A stretch of DNA of 64,000 nucleotides from NCBI RefSeq assembly GCF_009914755.1, contig NC_060937.1; one strand, given 5' to 3'. Source of the DNA: the human T2T-CHM13v2.0 reference genome, Homo sapiens. Positions 45,531 through 61,253 of this stretch are shown piece after piece (positions within the stretch are counted from its first letter, which is position 1; each line of letters opens with the position of its first letter). The position numbers were made by a program, and so were the translations under genes. A model generated the notes under the pieces. It was not told where the DNA came from, made no database searches, and saw nothing but the letters and a program-made list of their open reading frames with translations.

Positions 45531-48399
45531 AAATGTATTGACTTTGAGATGCAGCCTTGAAATTTCTCAGAGGAGACACCAGGCAGGCACTGAAGGTGTG
45601 GGATGAGGTCGTGCCTGGAAAGATTTAAATGTGTGAATCACTCTCACAGTTGACACCAGGAGTAGTTGAGTTCTCAGAAGAAGGATGTCAGGAGAGAAAT
45701 GAATGAAGGGCCAAGGTTTAGGAGATGAGGATAGCAGACAAGAGGAAGAAGAAACTCCTCACCAAGCCAGAATCAACAAGATCCACAGGTTAGGAAGGAA
45801 ATTATAAAGATCGAAACGCTGGGCCACATAGGAGGTTCTTGCTGAAAAAATAAGATCTTCAGCGTCTCTCTTTAGGGAGAGATGACAAAAATGGCACAGG
45901 CACAATATCAATACCATAGGGGTGAGGATTTGTAGACAGCTCTGCTGACACTTGGTCAGGGGTTCAGACCCTAACACCCAAGTTTTATTAGTCACATTTG
46001 CAGAGGGATGTGTTTTATGCTATTTTCTATGCTAGTGATACAGTCTGATTAATTAATTCACATATTATTCCAACCAGTGGCCCTGATGACTCAGGACACC
46101 AATTTCAAGCCTGCGGTCAGCAAGAATGGCAATCTGTGAGAATGAGCTCAACAAATGCTAATTGGGCCATCCAAATTCTGAACCGTTGACCTTAGTCCTT
46201 AATCAACAAAAGAGACTGACCGTATTCAAAGAAACAGCAAATTTGCCTTTGTATTATGTGAAAGAAAAGTATAGCTGTTTTGTTATCTAAGTTAGAAATA
46301 GGTCCTAAAACTGTGAGTTTTAAACACCAGCACATAGACAACTTGAAATATTGTTTAAAGTATTTGAAATAAATATGGTTTATATAGACAGTTACTTCAA
46401 CAAGGCATGCTGTGCAGCTTCAATCCTGCTGTTCAGTGATGCTTCAATACCCTTTTGTTGACTATTCAGGAAATTCACTATAGGCTCTTTTGCTTTCTTC
46501 ATACTCACTCAGCTTGCTTACTTTCAGCAGTTGACTTAATCTTTTATTATACAAGAAAATATAAATTATTAGTTTTAAGTTTCCTGTCATTTGCCTCAAC
46601 CCCAGTCAGCCTCTCACCTCAAAATATATTTGCCTATACCTTTGTCTCTGCTGCTGAATCTGTCGGTAGCTCTTCCCACCTCTTTCTTTCTCCTCTTAGG
46701 AAGATATAATCCTTTTGCACTTTGAACTAAGACTTATTGACATGTACTTCTTTTAACTTACACCCAAGTTAAAAAGTCAAACAATGTTGAAAGGTTAATT
46801 CAAAAATAATCAATCCTTTGGTTTTAACCCTTTCAACTCTTTCAGCTATTTTTTCATTCATTTGACATTTCACCTTCACATTTTAAAATAGAATGCATGC
46901 AGCACGTTCTCTTGAATCATTCATGCAATTGCCCAATAGAGTTATAATCAGAAGTGTCTATTACATTTATATTAAGCATAAGTATGTAAATTTCATTCAC
47001 AGCTGAGCCAAGTAGTGTACTGTAATAACATTTCCTTTATCACACAACTTATTCCCCCCCTGGAGAAGTGCTTAACTATTTTTTAAAAAAACACATTTTT
47101 GAGTCTGGTTCTGATGCTTGCATTGTCTCTTCACACTGAGTTCTTTCTTTCTTTCTTTCTTTCTTTTTTTTGCCTTTTAGCATGTTTTGTAATTTTTGGC
47201 TGAAGGTTAGACATGATGTATCAGATAAAATGAACTAGGTAGACAAGCCCAAAAGTGTGAGGCTTATGTTTATCTGGCTAGGAATTAGGTTGTGTTTGTT
47301 TATTATAGCTGTGGTATCAGAGGCTAAAATTGCCTTTACTGTCCTTGTTTTTGTCTCTCGTATTGTTTTTGGGCTTCCCTAGAGACTTCTTCTTAAATAG
47401 GATCTGAAGCTTTAGCTGTATTTCCCTGTTATTATACAGAAGCCCTACTGATGTGGTGGTTAGGTGGGGAGTGATAAGATGTGGGGAAATGGGAATCATT
47501 CTATAGTCCTATGATTGGATCACAGTCTTTTAGTGAGTCTGAATTTGGCATTTCTCTTTCACCATATTGGAGACTTGGGTATTTACTTTGCCCAACTCGT
47601 ATTTTTAAGGCCTCCGTCTCCTCCTTTCTTGTCTTAGTATCTCAGATCTTGATTCTTTCTGGAGGAATGTCAGGTAAATCATCTTGCTTCTCATTCATAT
47701 GTCCCTCAGCTAACTCACTTACCAGCAATTCATATTCATTTCCTTTCCATATGCTAACCCCTCTCAGTTTCATTGAAAATAGATGTGTCTGTCATTCTCC
47801 TCATTGTATTTGGGGAAATTTTTGAGAGACGAAGGGAATAGAAACATCTTGACTCCAGCAATTCAATGCCCTGTGTCCCTGATGAGCCTATTCCCAGGTT
47901 CTAGACAGAAGCCTTGTGTCAGGGCATGTTTAGTTAGTGTCCAAATCAACATCAGGCTATGGAGGCGGGGTATTACTTAGGAAGACATGGAAGGTGATGG
48001 AGAGTGCAGGATCCAAGCTCTTGGCTTCCTGCTCCACTTGGAAGAGATGCAGCCACCCAGGAACAGTCAGATTTCCCAGGATGCAGAAGCAACAAAAATT
48101 GAACCTAGTGGCTCCACAGTCTACTTTAGCTCCAGGGAGCTCTGCAGAACTATATCTTCCTGAGAACCTATTTGCAATTGTCTTAATGTCTTTTTGGACC
48201 TCCTTTTTGTTGCCTTTTTAGTAGCTTTTTGTCCACCATCCCTGATGCACTGGCTTATGTTCCCTTCTGCACCATGACAGTATTCCAGCTGCATCCTCTT
48301 GTTTTTCTGGTCTTCTTACTGGTTCCAGGTTTAATATCTTGGGACACTAAAAGTCTACAATCAGCTACTTTAGATCACAGCTGGTGCTAGTTAGGCTAT

Positions 48400-49470
48400 T
48401 TGCTTCATCTTCCCCTCGAAACTCCCCATTCTCATTTTCCTTAACCTTTCCTTCTCAGCACAAAAATATGTGCAGAGTTCCCCATCTTGAAAAAATTTTC
48501 TCTGAACTCTGCTAACTCGACAAGTGACATTCTTTCTCTCTCCTCCCACTGGCAAACTTCTCAGAGAAGTGTACATCTGTGGCCTTTGTTTTCTTGCCAC
48601 CCACAGACTCTCATTAATGACTTACATTGTAATCTGGCTTTAGTCCCCATTACAACTAAAAATCTGTCTCCAAAGTCACCAAATGAACTAACTTCTAGGT
48701 CAATTGTCTTTTCTCAACAAGTTTCATCATCTCCCCTTTTAAAAATACTCATCTCCTAAGTTTGAAAAACACTTCATCCTGGGACTTCTGGAACTCCTCT
48801 GTGGGCTCACTTTGTTTGGACTCCTTTCTTCCTCTACCCCACCCATTCAACTCAATGGAGACATTTGCCAAGACTCAGCCCTTGGCTTTTAGTTGTTTCT
48901 TTTTTAATATCCTCATCTTATGTGCTAGCCTCGTATCAACGTTTCTGGTCCAAATCCCCAGGCTGTAACTGCCTCCTGGCTTCAATTCTATAGTTCCATC
49001 ATATGATTAATATCTTTACTTATATCTTTGAGTGACACTTCAAATTCAATATATTTAACACTGAATTTATCTTTTGCTCAAATTAGTTATACTTCTGAAT
49101 GTACTTAAATATATCTATAGTCTTATTTTTATTTTCAATTAAGCTCAAAACATTAAGATCATCTTTTAGTCTTTCATCTTCTCTTCTCTCTTATGTTCAA
49201 TCAGTCTTTTTTTGAATCGCCTTACATCTTTCCCTTCCTTTTCTTTACAATTTTCACCATGCTAGGCATAAGCCTTTCTTAACTTATTAGCCAGGTTACT
49301 GTAGTTTCTTTCAAAGTGGTCTTTCAGGTTCTAGCATCTCCTCTTTTAATTAATCCTGCCTGTCACTGCCAATCAATAGATTGGTTAATTAATATTGCCT
49401 CTGTCTTAAAATAAGTTGAGGCATACTGCAATTTGCCATTGTAACTTCACTAGTTAAAAACCCTCAGTGG
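48400..49470 (+). mobile_element. L2 fragment
   Basis: ctccaaagtcaccaaatga, cacttcaaattcaatatat, and other L2 ORF2/3' motifs. Confidence 0.6.
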
Positions 49471-50936
49471 TTCCTGAGTTGAGTTGGGCGCTTACAGGTT
49501 TGGACTTCAAATCTTGGAATGTAAATCACTTCCACATTTCTCTTACTTGCAAATAAGAAGAATGAGGATACTAGTGGGTGGAAGTGGCTCCCTGATGCCT
49601 CCCTAGTCCTTCACAAAGGTGCGCCTGGTATTTGGTAGTTCTGGAAATCTCTGTGGAATGAAGAATTTGCTAGATCAGAGAAGCTCAGAACTCCAGTGTT
49701 AATCCTTCTTAACCCTTTTGGGCTTGTTAGAGGTGTACTGGGAGAACTGGGGAATGTTGGCATGTAAGCTATTCACAGTTACATAGTTTTGTGTTCTGTT
49801 TATTGTCGTAACATCAGTTCTTCCTGAGGTTTTTCAGTAGAGTAGGCTTGGGCCGTGGCCTACTGTAGTCCCATGTAGGATGTCAAATATGGTTTTGTTG
49901 TGACCACTTTCCTTTTCTGTGCTCAGGGCAGACATTACTAATCAATCACAGGCTCTTTTCCTAAGCCGGGTTGTAGCTTTAGAATCCTCAATATTCTGTT
50001 TTGGCCCTGAGGAAGGGCAATCCATCCCTTACCAATGGGTTCATTCATCCACTCCTTCATTCCACAAATACGTAGAGAGCACCTACAGTGGACGGGTACC
50101 ATCTCCTAGGTACTGGAGATATCGCAAAGAAAAGGCCATATGTCCATTACTATGGAGTTCACATTCTTATGGGAAATAAAGGAAATAAGCAAGTAAATGA
50201 ACAAGATAATTTGAGACAGCCATAGGCTCTATGAGACAACTAAAACAGGGTACTGTAGTTGAGAAGAACTGGGGTAACTACTTTGGACAGAGAGAGCAGA
50301 GAAGGTTAAGGATATACTTTTTGTCTGGGAGCTGACTGAGGAGAGGCAAGTGGTTTCATGAAGAGCATTCCAGAGATGGGGCAGGGCAAGTCAAAGACGC
50401 CAAAGCTGGGAATAAGTTTGGTTTGTTCCAAGGACAACTAAGAGGCCAGTGTGGCTGGAGCAGAGTAACGAGCAGGGAGATGGGTAGAAGAGGACGAAAA
50501 GCACAGCCGAGGAAACAATCAATAGATTGAAGAGACAGCCTACAGAATTGCAAACCATACATCTGATAAGGGTTTTAATATCCAAAATATATAAGCAACT
50601 CAAACAACTCTATAGCAAGAAAGCAAATAACCCAATTAAAGAATGGGCAAAGGATCTGAGTAGACATTTCTCAAAAGGAGACATACAAATGGTCAAATCT
50701 ATGAAAAAATGCTCAACATCACTAATCATCAGGCAAATGCATATTAAAACCACAATGAGATATCACCTCACCCTAGTTACAATAGTTGTTATAAAAAAAG
50801 ATGAAAGATACCAAGTGTTGACAAGATAGAGAAAAAAGAAAATCCTTGTATGCCATTGGTGGGAATGTAAATTAATATAGCCATTATGAAAAACAATATA
50901 GAGGTTCACCCAAAAATTTAAAAATAGAACCACCAT

Positions 50937-51245
50937 GGCCAGGCATGGTGGCTCATGCCTGTAATCCCAGCACTTTCGGAGGCCAAGGCGGACAGATTGC
51001 TTGAGCCCAGGAGTTTGAGATCAGCCTTGGCAACATGGCAAAACCTCATCTCTACAAAAAATAGAAAAATTAGCCAGGCATGGTGGTATATGCCTGTAGT
51101 CCCAGCTACTTGGGGAGACTGAGGTGGGAGGATTGCTTGAGCCCCAGGGACTTGAGACTGCAGTGAGTTGAGATTGTGCCATTGCACTCCAGCCTGGGGG
51201 ACAGAGTGAGACCAGGTTTTTTTAAAAAAAAAGAAAAAGAAAAAA
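50937..51245 (+). mobile_element. AluJ, full length
   Basis: gattgcttgagcccagg diagnostics; TSD AGAA(C/T)CACCAT. Confidence 0.92.
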
Positions 51246-51793
51246 GAATCACCATATGACTCAGTATTCCTAATTCCTATTACGGGTATATATCCAAAGG
51301 AAATGAAATCGGTATGCCGAAGGAATATGTGCATTGTGTTGTTTACTGTATTACCATTCACAATAGCCAAGATAATGATTCAATCTAAGTATCCATGAAC
51401 AAACAAATGGATAAAGAAAATGTGGCATATATCCACTATGGAATACTAGTCAGCCTTACAAAAAAAAGGAAATTCTGTCATTTGTGATGACATGGATGAA
51501 CCTGGAGGGCATTATGTTAAATGAAATAAGCCATGCACAGAAAGACAAATACTGTATGATCTCAGTTATATGTGGAGTCTGAAAAAGTTGAACTCACAGA
51601 AGCAGAGAGGAGAACGATGGTTGCCAAAAGATGAGATGTGGGAGTGGAGGGGTGGGGAGATATTGCTTGAAGGATGCAAAATTTCAATTAGATGGAGGAA
51701 TAAGCCAAGAGATCTATAGTGCCACATGGTGACTATAGTTAATAACAATATATTGTATTTTTGAAAATCTCAGAGTAGATTTTAAGTATTCTT

Positions 51794-52170
<377 letters not shown>

Positions 52171-53251
52171 TAATACATACGTTTATTAGCTCAATTTAGC
52201 CACTCTACAAATGTGTATATATTTTAAAATAACATGCTGTACATGAAAATATATATAATTTTTTGTCTGTTAAAAATTAATTAATTAATTAATTTTAAAA
52301 AGAGGAGGGCAGGGAATACTTGTGTATTTTGTTAACTGGACAAATGAAACTCTACTTTCATTTGCTCATTAAACAAATACTTGTTTTGTGCTCAGCATGA
52401 TTCTAGGCACTGGGACTACTGCATTTTGGTCCATTACTTCCTTGCGCACAAAAACCCTTTCTTTTCACCACGAATACACTATGAACATGTTTTTTTCTTC
52501 AGTGTTGGCATCTCTTGATTCCTTCCCTCCAGGTCTTTGTGCGAGTTTTACTCTTTAAACCCCAGATATTGTCATATTTTTCTCTGTTAAACTTTTCCAA
52601 ACAACTCAAAATAGGGTAATTTCTTCTTCTTCTGAATTTCTCTGACAATTATTCTATGGGTCATTTATTAACACAGCATAATCAAACAACTTATTTATTT
52701 TCATCTTTCTTGATCCTTTCTTCAGTTGGATGTTGTCTTTGAGGGCAGAGGTTGTCCTCTATGTTTTGAAGTCTCCACACAGCTCATCGTTGCCTTGCCC
52801 GTAGTTGTAGCTCAGTGAAATAAAAATATGTCCGTAGAAGGTGATGTCTGTGACTGGTGAGCCGAGAGCTTGTGGGGTTGGTGTTGTATTTGAGTGCATG
52901 TGAATCAGTGCATCTCCTGCTCCATTGGTGTTAAAAGGCTCCCATCGTCCTGGGAACACAATAGGAAAGAGAACAGGTGGGAAGGCACTGGATGAAGGAA
53001 TGTGGAGAATGGAGGAAAAGTTGATCAGATTGTTGACAACTTTCAGTGTTGAAATTGTCACCAAAATCAAAGTCAGTAAATAAATTTACAATGTCCTTTT
53101 CTTCAATGCATCAATAACTTCACCTTCCTGTTCAAAGCACAGCAAGTAATTAATCTCTTATTTGCATTTGAAACCCAAGTTTCAGATGTTTGAAGGTGGT
53201 TGTAAAAAATAAAAACCAAAATAAAGCCAAAATAAATAAGCAGCAGCACTA

Positions 53252-53552
<301 letters not shown>

Positions 53553-54511
53553 TTAGTAACCATGAACAGAACCTTAATAAACAGAAAGTTCTGGAAATAA
53601 AGTTTAATCATCATGCAATCTTTATCACTGGGTTAAATGAACAATCATCTGGGAACATGTCTTGGAATGCTTAAAGCTTTGAGATGCATGTGCCTATGTG
53701 GCAGACAAATTTCAAATGTGAAACGTTTAGTTAACTTGGTCTTGCTTTTTAATCACTGCTTTAAAATTTAAAAAATGCTGCTGGTCAAGTAAAAATAGCA
53801 ATAGATAAAATCTGCCCTGAGCAAACAGACCATACATCAATAAATGAATACTTAGCTTAAGCGATTTTCCATGAGACCCATGAAGCATTTCTAATTGAAA
53901 CTTAACAAGCTACAACCCAACAGACACTCCAATCTTCACTTCTAGAAGGGAAATGTGATACTCCATGTAGACGTAGCTTTTTAAATTTAGCTGGAAGACA
54001 GCGTGACAGTGAAGTTGTGTGCTGTAATTTTTTAAAATTGCTGAAGTGTCATGGTTTGCTATTTCGTATTTATTGAAAAAATGTAAATGCTATATTTAAC
54101 AGAATGGCAGTAACTCTGTTTCAATCTGAAGACTTAATCTTACTAATCATGGTAATATATGCTGGCTGGAGTTGGGAATATTTCATAAAATACTGGAATA
54201 AATTTGTGCTTATATTTCAGGGGAATTAATAAAAGCACCTTCATCTGCAACATTTAAAATGTTATTGCCTTTAAATTTGTATTAAATAATGCAGGGAAGA
54301 TAGATCACTGGGGGAGAATGGATGCACCTCTGTGAGGATCTTGGTCATTCAACACACGTGTACGGGTGAGGAAACTAAGGCACGACTTACTGGGTAGGGA
54401 GGTAGGGATATTAGCAAGATCCTTCACTTGTCTGGGCTTTCTGTCTTTGAGTCACCTTTGCGCAGTTTTTCACTGGACTTCACAAGCCTCTGAGGCGGCA
54501 GGGCAGACAGG

Positions 54512-54610
54512 ACATCCTTATTTTATAGAGGAGGAAACTTAGGCTTACAGAGGTTTCCTGCCCCAAATCACAAAGGTGGAGCCTAGACCTTCTCAGTCTC
54601 CACCAACTGT
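54512..54610 (-). mobile_element. MIR fragment
   Basis: attttatagaggaggaaacttaggcttacagaggtt core. Confidence 0.65.
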
Positions 54611-55154
54611 ATTTCGGTTAGCCACAATCCTATCTACCCACATCCAAATGGACACCGTGGCTCTGCAACTTCTGTCAAAAGGGCTCTTTGGCAACAGGAA
54701 AAACGTCATGGCTCCATTGTATTGTAGAGGATGGGAATGGGTGTTCCGGCTAAATTCTCCCTCCCCTTTCCCTCCACAGCTCAGATGGCAAATGTGCGAC
54801 CCAGGGACCTCCCGCTCCAGCAGACCTGTGCGCACAACTTTGCACAGATTACCTGCTAAGTCAGAGCCGAAAGGTAACACAGATGCCAAAGGATAATAAA
54901 GGTGAATGAGATTTACTCAAAATTGGAAACTTGGTGTTTGGTTTTTCAGGAGAACAATCAACGACTGTGATTTGAAGTTCACCAGGGTATTCTGAGAGAT
55001 CTAATCAAAGATAGAGTGCTGGTTTGAAATTATTAAAAGGTAACAGTAAAAGGGAGAGCAAAACCCCAGTCCCAACGCAACCCATAAATCTACTTTGTCT
55101 TCCTCGAAAGAGGGGCGCGGGTGGGCGCGTCTCCCCGCGAGCATCTCACCTAAG

Positions 55155-55164
55155 GGGGAATCCC
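55155..55164 (+). promoter_or_regulatory. NF-kB site GGGGAATCCC
   Basis: Exact match to GGGRNWYYCC at the 5' edge of the CpG island; binding not shown. Confidence 0.45.
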
Positions 55165-55359
55165 TTTCAGCGCACGGCGAAGTTCCCCCTCGGCTGTCCC
55201 ACCTGGCAGTCCCTCTAGGATTTCGGCCAGTCCCTAATTGGCTCCAGCAATGTCCAGCCGGAGCTTCTTTGGGCCTCCGAGTGGGAGAAAAGTGAGAGCA
55301 GGTGCTTCCCCAGCGGCGCGCTCCGCTAGGGCCCGGCAGGATCCCGCCCCCAAGTCGGG

Positions 55360-55360
55360 G
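55360..55360 (+). other. KL: Position of the KL promoter G-395A polymorphism; G allele here
   Basis: 55755-395=55360, the last G of CCCCAAGTCGGGG|AAAGTTGGTC, the context I recall for this SNP. Confidence 0.75.
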
Positions 55361-55651
55361 AAAGTTGGTCGGCGCCTTTTCTCCCCGACGAAGCCGCTCC
55401 AGGGCTGCTCTCAGAGGACGCGCGGCAGGCAAAGAGAATGAACCTGAGCGTCCACGAAACGTCCTGCACGGCTCCCGGGAGCTGGGAGAAACAGGTGCCT
55501 TTCTCCGACGTCCGCGGGCGACGCCTGCCGCACCTTGCCCGCTGCCGCGCCCCTCCCGGGCACCCCTCGCCCTCGGCGCCCCTGCCCCCACCCCCAGTGC
55601 CAGGGCGGAGGCAGTCCCGGCTCGCAGGTAATTATTGCCAGCGGAGCCCGC

Positions 55652-56720
<1,069 letters not shown>

Positions 56721-59022
56721 TGACTTCCCTTGGAAGGCGTGGAATTAGGAGAGAAATCCCTTAGTGGGCACACGAGTGAGTGCCCCTTGGAGTCCATCTG
56801 TGGAAAGGAAGCGGTGATAGGTTTCCGCAGTGAGGAAAGAAACTCCTTTCTCTGGGTGTAGAGGAATTCCTAGAGGTGAGGGCGGGGAGGATTTGCTAGG
56901 AGTAACTGCAGGAAGAGAATGAGCAGGGTGGATGAAAGAAACACGTTTGTTCTTAAGCCGCACAGATAGCATTACTCTCTGGAGCTGTCACGAGTTCAGT
57001 GTTAATCCAATAAGATCTGTCTTGCTTGTGGCACAAGTTCACACTGTTGTGAAAGTGTCAAAACACAACTCCCGGAGAGTCAGATTTAAACTGTGTTTGG
57101 AGGTCCCTTCTGCGGCAGGGCAGGGAACTGCATCCACCAATCTTATTCACCGGGGTGTGAAGACCGCTTTATACAATCTCAAACAAAGCTAGTCATAGAA
57201 ACACAGAAACAACTGCAGGGTGATATAGATTGTTCTACCACATCTGTATTTCCACAGTGCTCTCTACAGTTGAAAGGGTTCCTCACTTATGACATTGTTA
57301 GCCTGATAAAATTAATTGTAACACCCTTGTGCAAAATATTTTATTAATTTTGACAGCAGGAAATATTGCTATGCCATGGTAAAGTTGTCTCAAGTATTTC
57401 TTCCTCCTTTTTTCTCCTTAGTGTTCAAATTTAGGCACCATTGTTTTGGGGATTCATTTATAATCATGTCAGTTGTTAGTACACTTTGTACAGAGTTTTG
57501 TATCACAATAAAATATTTTATGTACATGTATAAACATTTTAATAAAAGTGTTTAAATGTACAACTTTTGGTACCCAATTCTGATGACTTGTGGGCCTACT
57601 GGAAGACTTATTTTTAAATTTAGAATTCAGCCACATATTCTGAACAAAGTCAGTACTAAAACCATTTCTAAACACTTTTAATTAAAGCCATAGATAATAT
57701 GGCCAGAGCAGTACTGGGTTATTGAGGTGACTTAGTGCTCTGAGCTGCTGGTAATGTTGTAATAATGGCTAAATTAGATTTTATGTCAGTTCCACAAAAC
57801 CTGTTTGCTGCTACTGGCCATAAAAGAATGTTGGATTTGTTTGGAAACACATTGTGATTTTTGTGATTTCATACTTATGTATGTCTTTTCATAAGGATGT
57901 TTTAGAGCGGTGATTCTTATACTTTTTCAACCCTTTTATGGATCTGAAAAACCCTAAAGACCACCAGTGTATGGCTGGTGATAGAAAAACTATGGGAAGA
58001 ATGGTCTCACTTTTTGAAGAAAACATAAGCAAGTTATCAGTTCATACTGGAAGCAAATAAATGGATCAGCTGGAGGATCTAATAGATCATGCCCATAAAA
58101 TCTTTACTTTAGATTTAAATCCTACAAGTTCTATTTTTAGAGTCCCTAGGATAAACTTGCATATACAAAGTAGTCAATTGTTATTATAGTGACTTATAGG
58201 ATCATTTTATTATAAGATAAAGACTTGCGTGCTCTCTGGTGCTCTGGTGTTTTAAATAATCAACATGTTTTAGATCTTTTTGCCCACTCATGGCCCTCTG
58301 ATTAACTTCTCAGTTATATTTTTCAATGCTTACACAAAAAATTTGCCAAACACTAACCATCCTTCCTAGAAATGCAGTGGACTTTGTATTTAGGGAAATT
58401 AGTAACAGGTGAATGCTCCATTTTGCTGATGTTGCAAACAAACTGTTAGTTGGTGTAAAGTATTAATTTTGCTTTCACATTTCTTTTGGTTTGGTGTTTA
58501 GTCATTCTTGTATCTTATTTAGAAGCGAGTTCCCATTGTCAAAGAAAGTATCTTGAATTAATTTTGTTGTATGAGATACTTTCATTCTGTTTTCAATGAC
58601 CTTTCTCGGTGTGTATATAGGGGTTGGGGGAAGCGAGAATAGAAAAATTTGAGCTTACCTGAAAAAGATAAAACATTCTGCAGATTTTGATAAAAGGGCA
58701 TTTTAGCTGGGGCTTAGATATTGCTGCTGTACAGATATAGGGGCCAGTTGTGTTCCGGGATCTGATGTTGGTGAAGGATAAAGACTGGCTAGCACCCTTC
58801 CCTCACTCCCTCTGTGTTTCCACTAACTTACAAATGGGCTAAGGAGATCCCCTGGGATGATGGGAAGCTTGACCCCTCCTAGAGAGTCAAGAATCATTGA
58901 TGGCCTGGAGGACAGGAGGCAGAACAAACAAACAGCAGGACAAATAATGGAGGCCCTGCTCAGAATGGAGGTCTTGGTGTTCTTTGTGGGTTCCTCATAC
59001 TGGAGTGAGCCTTGGCAAAAAT

Positions 59023-59023
<1 letters not shown>

Positions 59024-59078
<55 letters not shown>
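59024..59078. repeat. Compound (TG)15(AG)12 microsatellite in KL intron 1
   Basis: Direct reading. Confidence 0.95.
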
Positions 59079-59539
59079 GAGACAGGAGAGAAGGAGAAGA
59101 GGGGAGAGGGGAGGAGGGACAGAGAGAGAGAGGTCTCCTACAAAGAGCTTGGAGCTCAGGCTGCTTTGCTCATTTGAGTGTAATCCAGGAGGATGCACCT
59201 TTTCTCTCGGACTTGAAGACCAACTGCTCAGCCTTCACAGCTCTTGAAACAAAGTTCTTAATGTCCCCTGAAATCAGCACTAGGGACTGTAGTTGGGGAG
59301 TTCAGCCCCAGCAGTGCCTCTGAGTCTTTGTTCTGTATATGGGTTCTAAGAGGATTAGAATCAAGTTGGAAATACACGTGTTCCCATTTCCCACCTTCAA
59401 CTCCCCTCACCGCCTGAGATTCTTGCAAACATTTGTGCAAGGAACCTGTGAAAAAGACTTCTTTCACGTAAGGAAGTAGGGCTAGGAGATATTAATCTGG
59501 GCATTGTTGAGCATTAGCATCAGTGTGCAGGTCTCAGCC

Positions 59540-60250
59540 CATCTGTCTGCAATGTTTGTTGAAGCCATCACTTCTTGTCCCTTGAATCCTTCCTCAACTT
59601 GGATTTCAGGCCCTGGCTCTCCCTTGCTTCTCCTCTCAGCTCCCTGGCGATTCCCTCTTAGTCTCCTTTGCTTGTTCCTCCTCACCTTGCCTGTAAATAG
59701 TGGAGGGCTCAGGGCTCTGTCTAGATTCACTCCAGGCCATTGCTTTGAATACTGCTGCATCCCGATGACTGGAGATTTTGAGTCTCCACCCAGGTTTCCC
59801 CGAGCATCAGACTGGCATAGACAACCGCCTTCTCCACGTGGATGTCTAATGGGCATGTCACATCGAACACATCCCAAACCAAACCCCTGCTTCCCCTTCT
59901 CTATTATGATGACTTTTTACTCTTCCAGTTGTTGGACCCCGAATCTTAACTACTCCCCTTTTTCATGTCTTGTTTCTAATCCATCAACAAATCCTGCAGC
60001 TCTACCTACCTCCAGGATGTGTCCAGAATCAAACCACTTCTCCCCTTATCTATGACTACGATGGAGGTGCAAGACACCATCCAACCTTGCCTGGGTAATG
60101 GGAAGAGCCTCACTGCTGGGGTTCTTATTTCTGCCTTGCCCCCTGCAGTGTGCCATGATGGATGCTCTACAGGGTGACATTATGTGTGGACAAGACAGAG
60201 TCCTTGCTTTTTCAAATCCCACCTGTTCTTCTGGAGCCAGCTAACACGCT
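59540..60250 (+). mobile_element. L2 fragment
   Basis: ctccacgtggatgtctaatgggcat, ccatcaacaaatcctg, tccagaatcaaaccacttctc. Confidence 0.7.
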
Positions 60251-60869
60251 CCCTTGGGCCCCATGCCTGAATGCCATCTCTTCCTTCTATGGCATCCTGC
60301 ACAGGACTTCGCTTTGCTCAGATGCCTCCTCCCGCGCTCTTCCCTTTATTTAACCATTTGTCTCCATTTTACCCCTTCGCTATCTGGGGTAATCCTGTTC
60401 CCTTCATCTGTATCTCTGAAAATGGCATCTTGCCCTCCCTTGGTGCTCAGAAGGTGGCTTCTGGTTTACCGAATAGCCTGATTTCACCTTTATAAACTCA
60501 TGCTACTAGAATTTTCTCTCCTTGTCAGTCTTTCTAGCCACTTTCCAATGGAACAGAGACTACCAAATCCTAATCTGATAAGGAAAAATAGGTAAACATA
60601 ACGTGGCAGACTCTGACATCTGCAGTGAAAATTTAAGGTTCATCATCAAATGTATGATTCCATTGTGAAAATGTCCAGTTAAAAGCTATCTGTAGTCACC
60701 ATGCAGCATTATGAAGAAGTTTTCAGAATAAGGGCAGGTGGTAAAGTCTCCTGGCCAGCTTTAGGAGTATATATTGGAAGGGGCTTTGTTAGCTGATTGA
60801 ATTTTTATTCCCCAAGTAATTAGTATGAGCGATTTGTCTACTGTATATATGCTCAAATTACATATACTA

Positions 60870-61253
<384 letters not shown>

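Noticed and set aside
52273-52296. 24-bp perfect palindrome AAAATTAATTAATTAATTAATTTT
   Set aside because: Self-complementary (TTAA)n microsatellite in an L1 tail; trivial.
59504-60055. 183-aa intronic ORF
   Set aside because: TTG start, lies in decayed L2 sequence, no domain and no GH1 similarity, so not KL exon 2.
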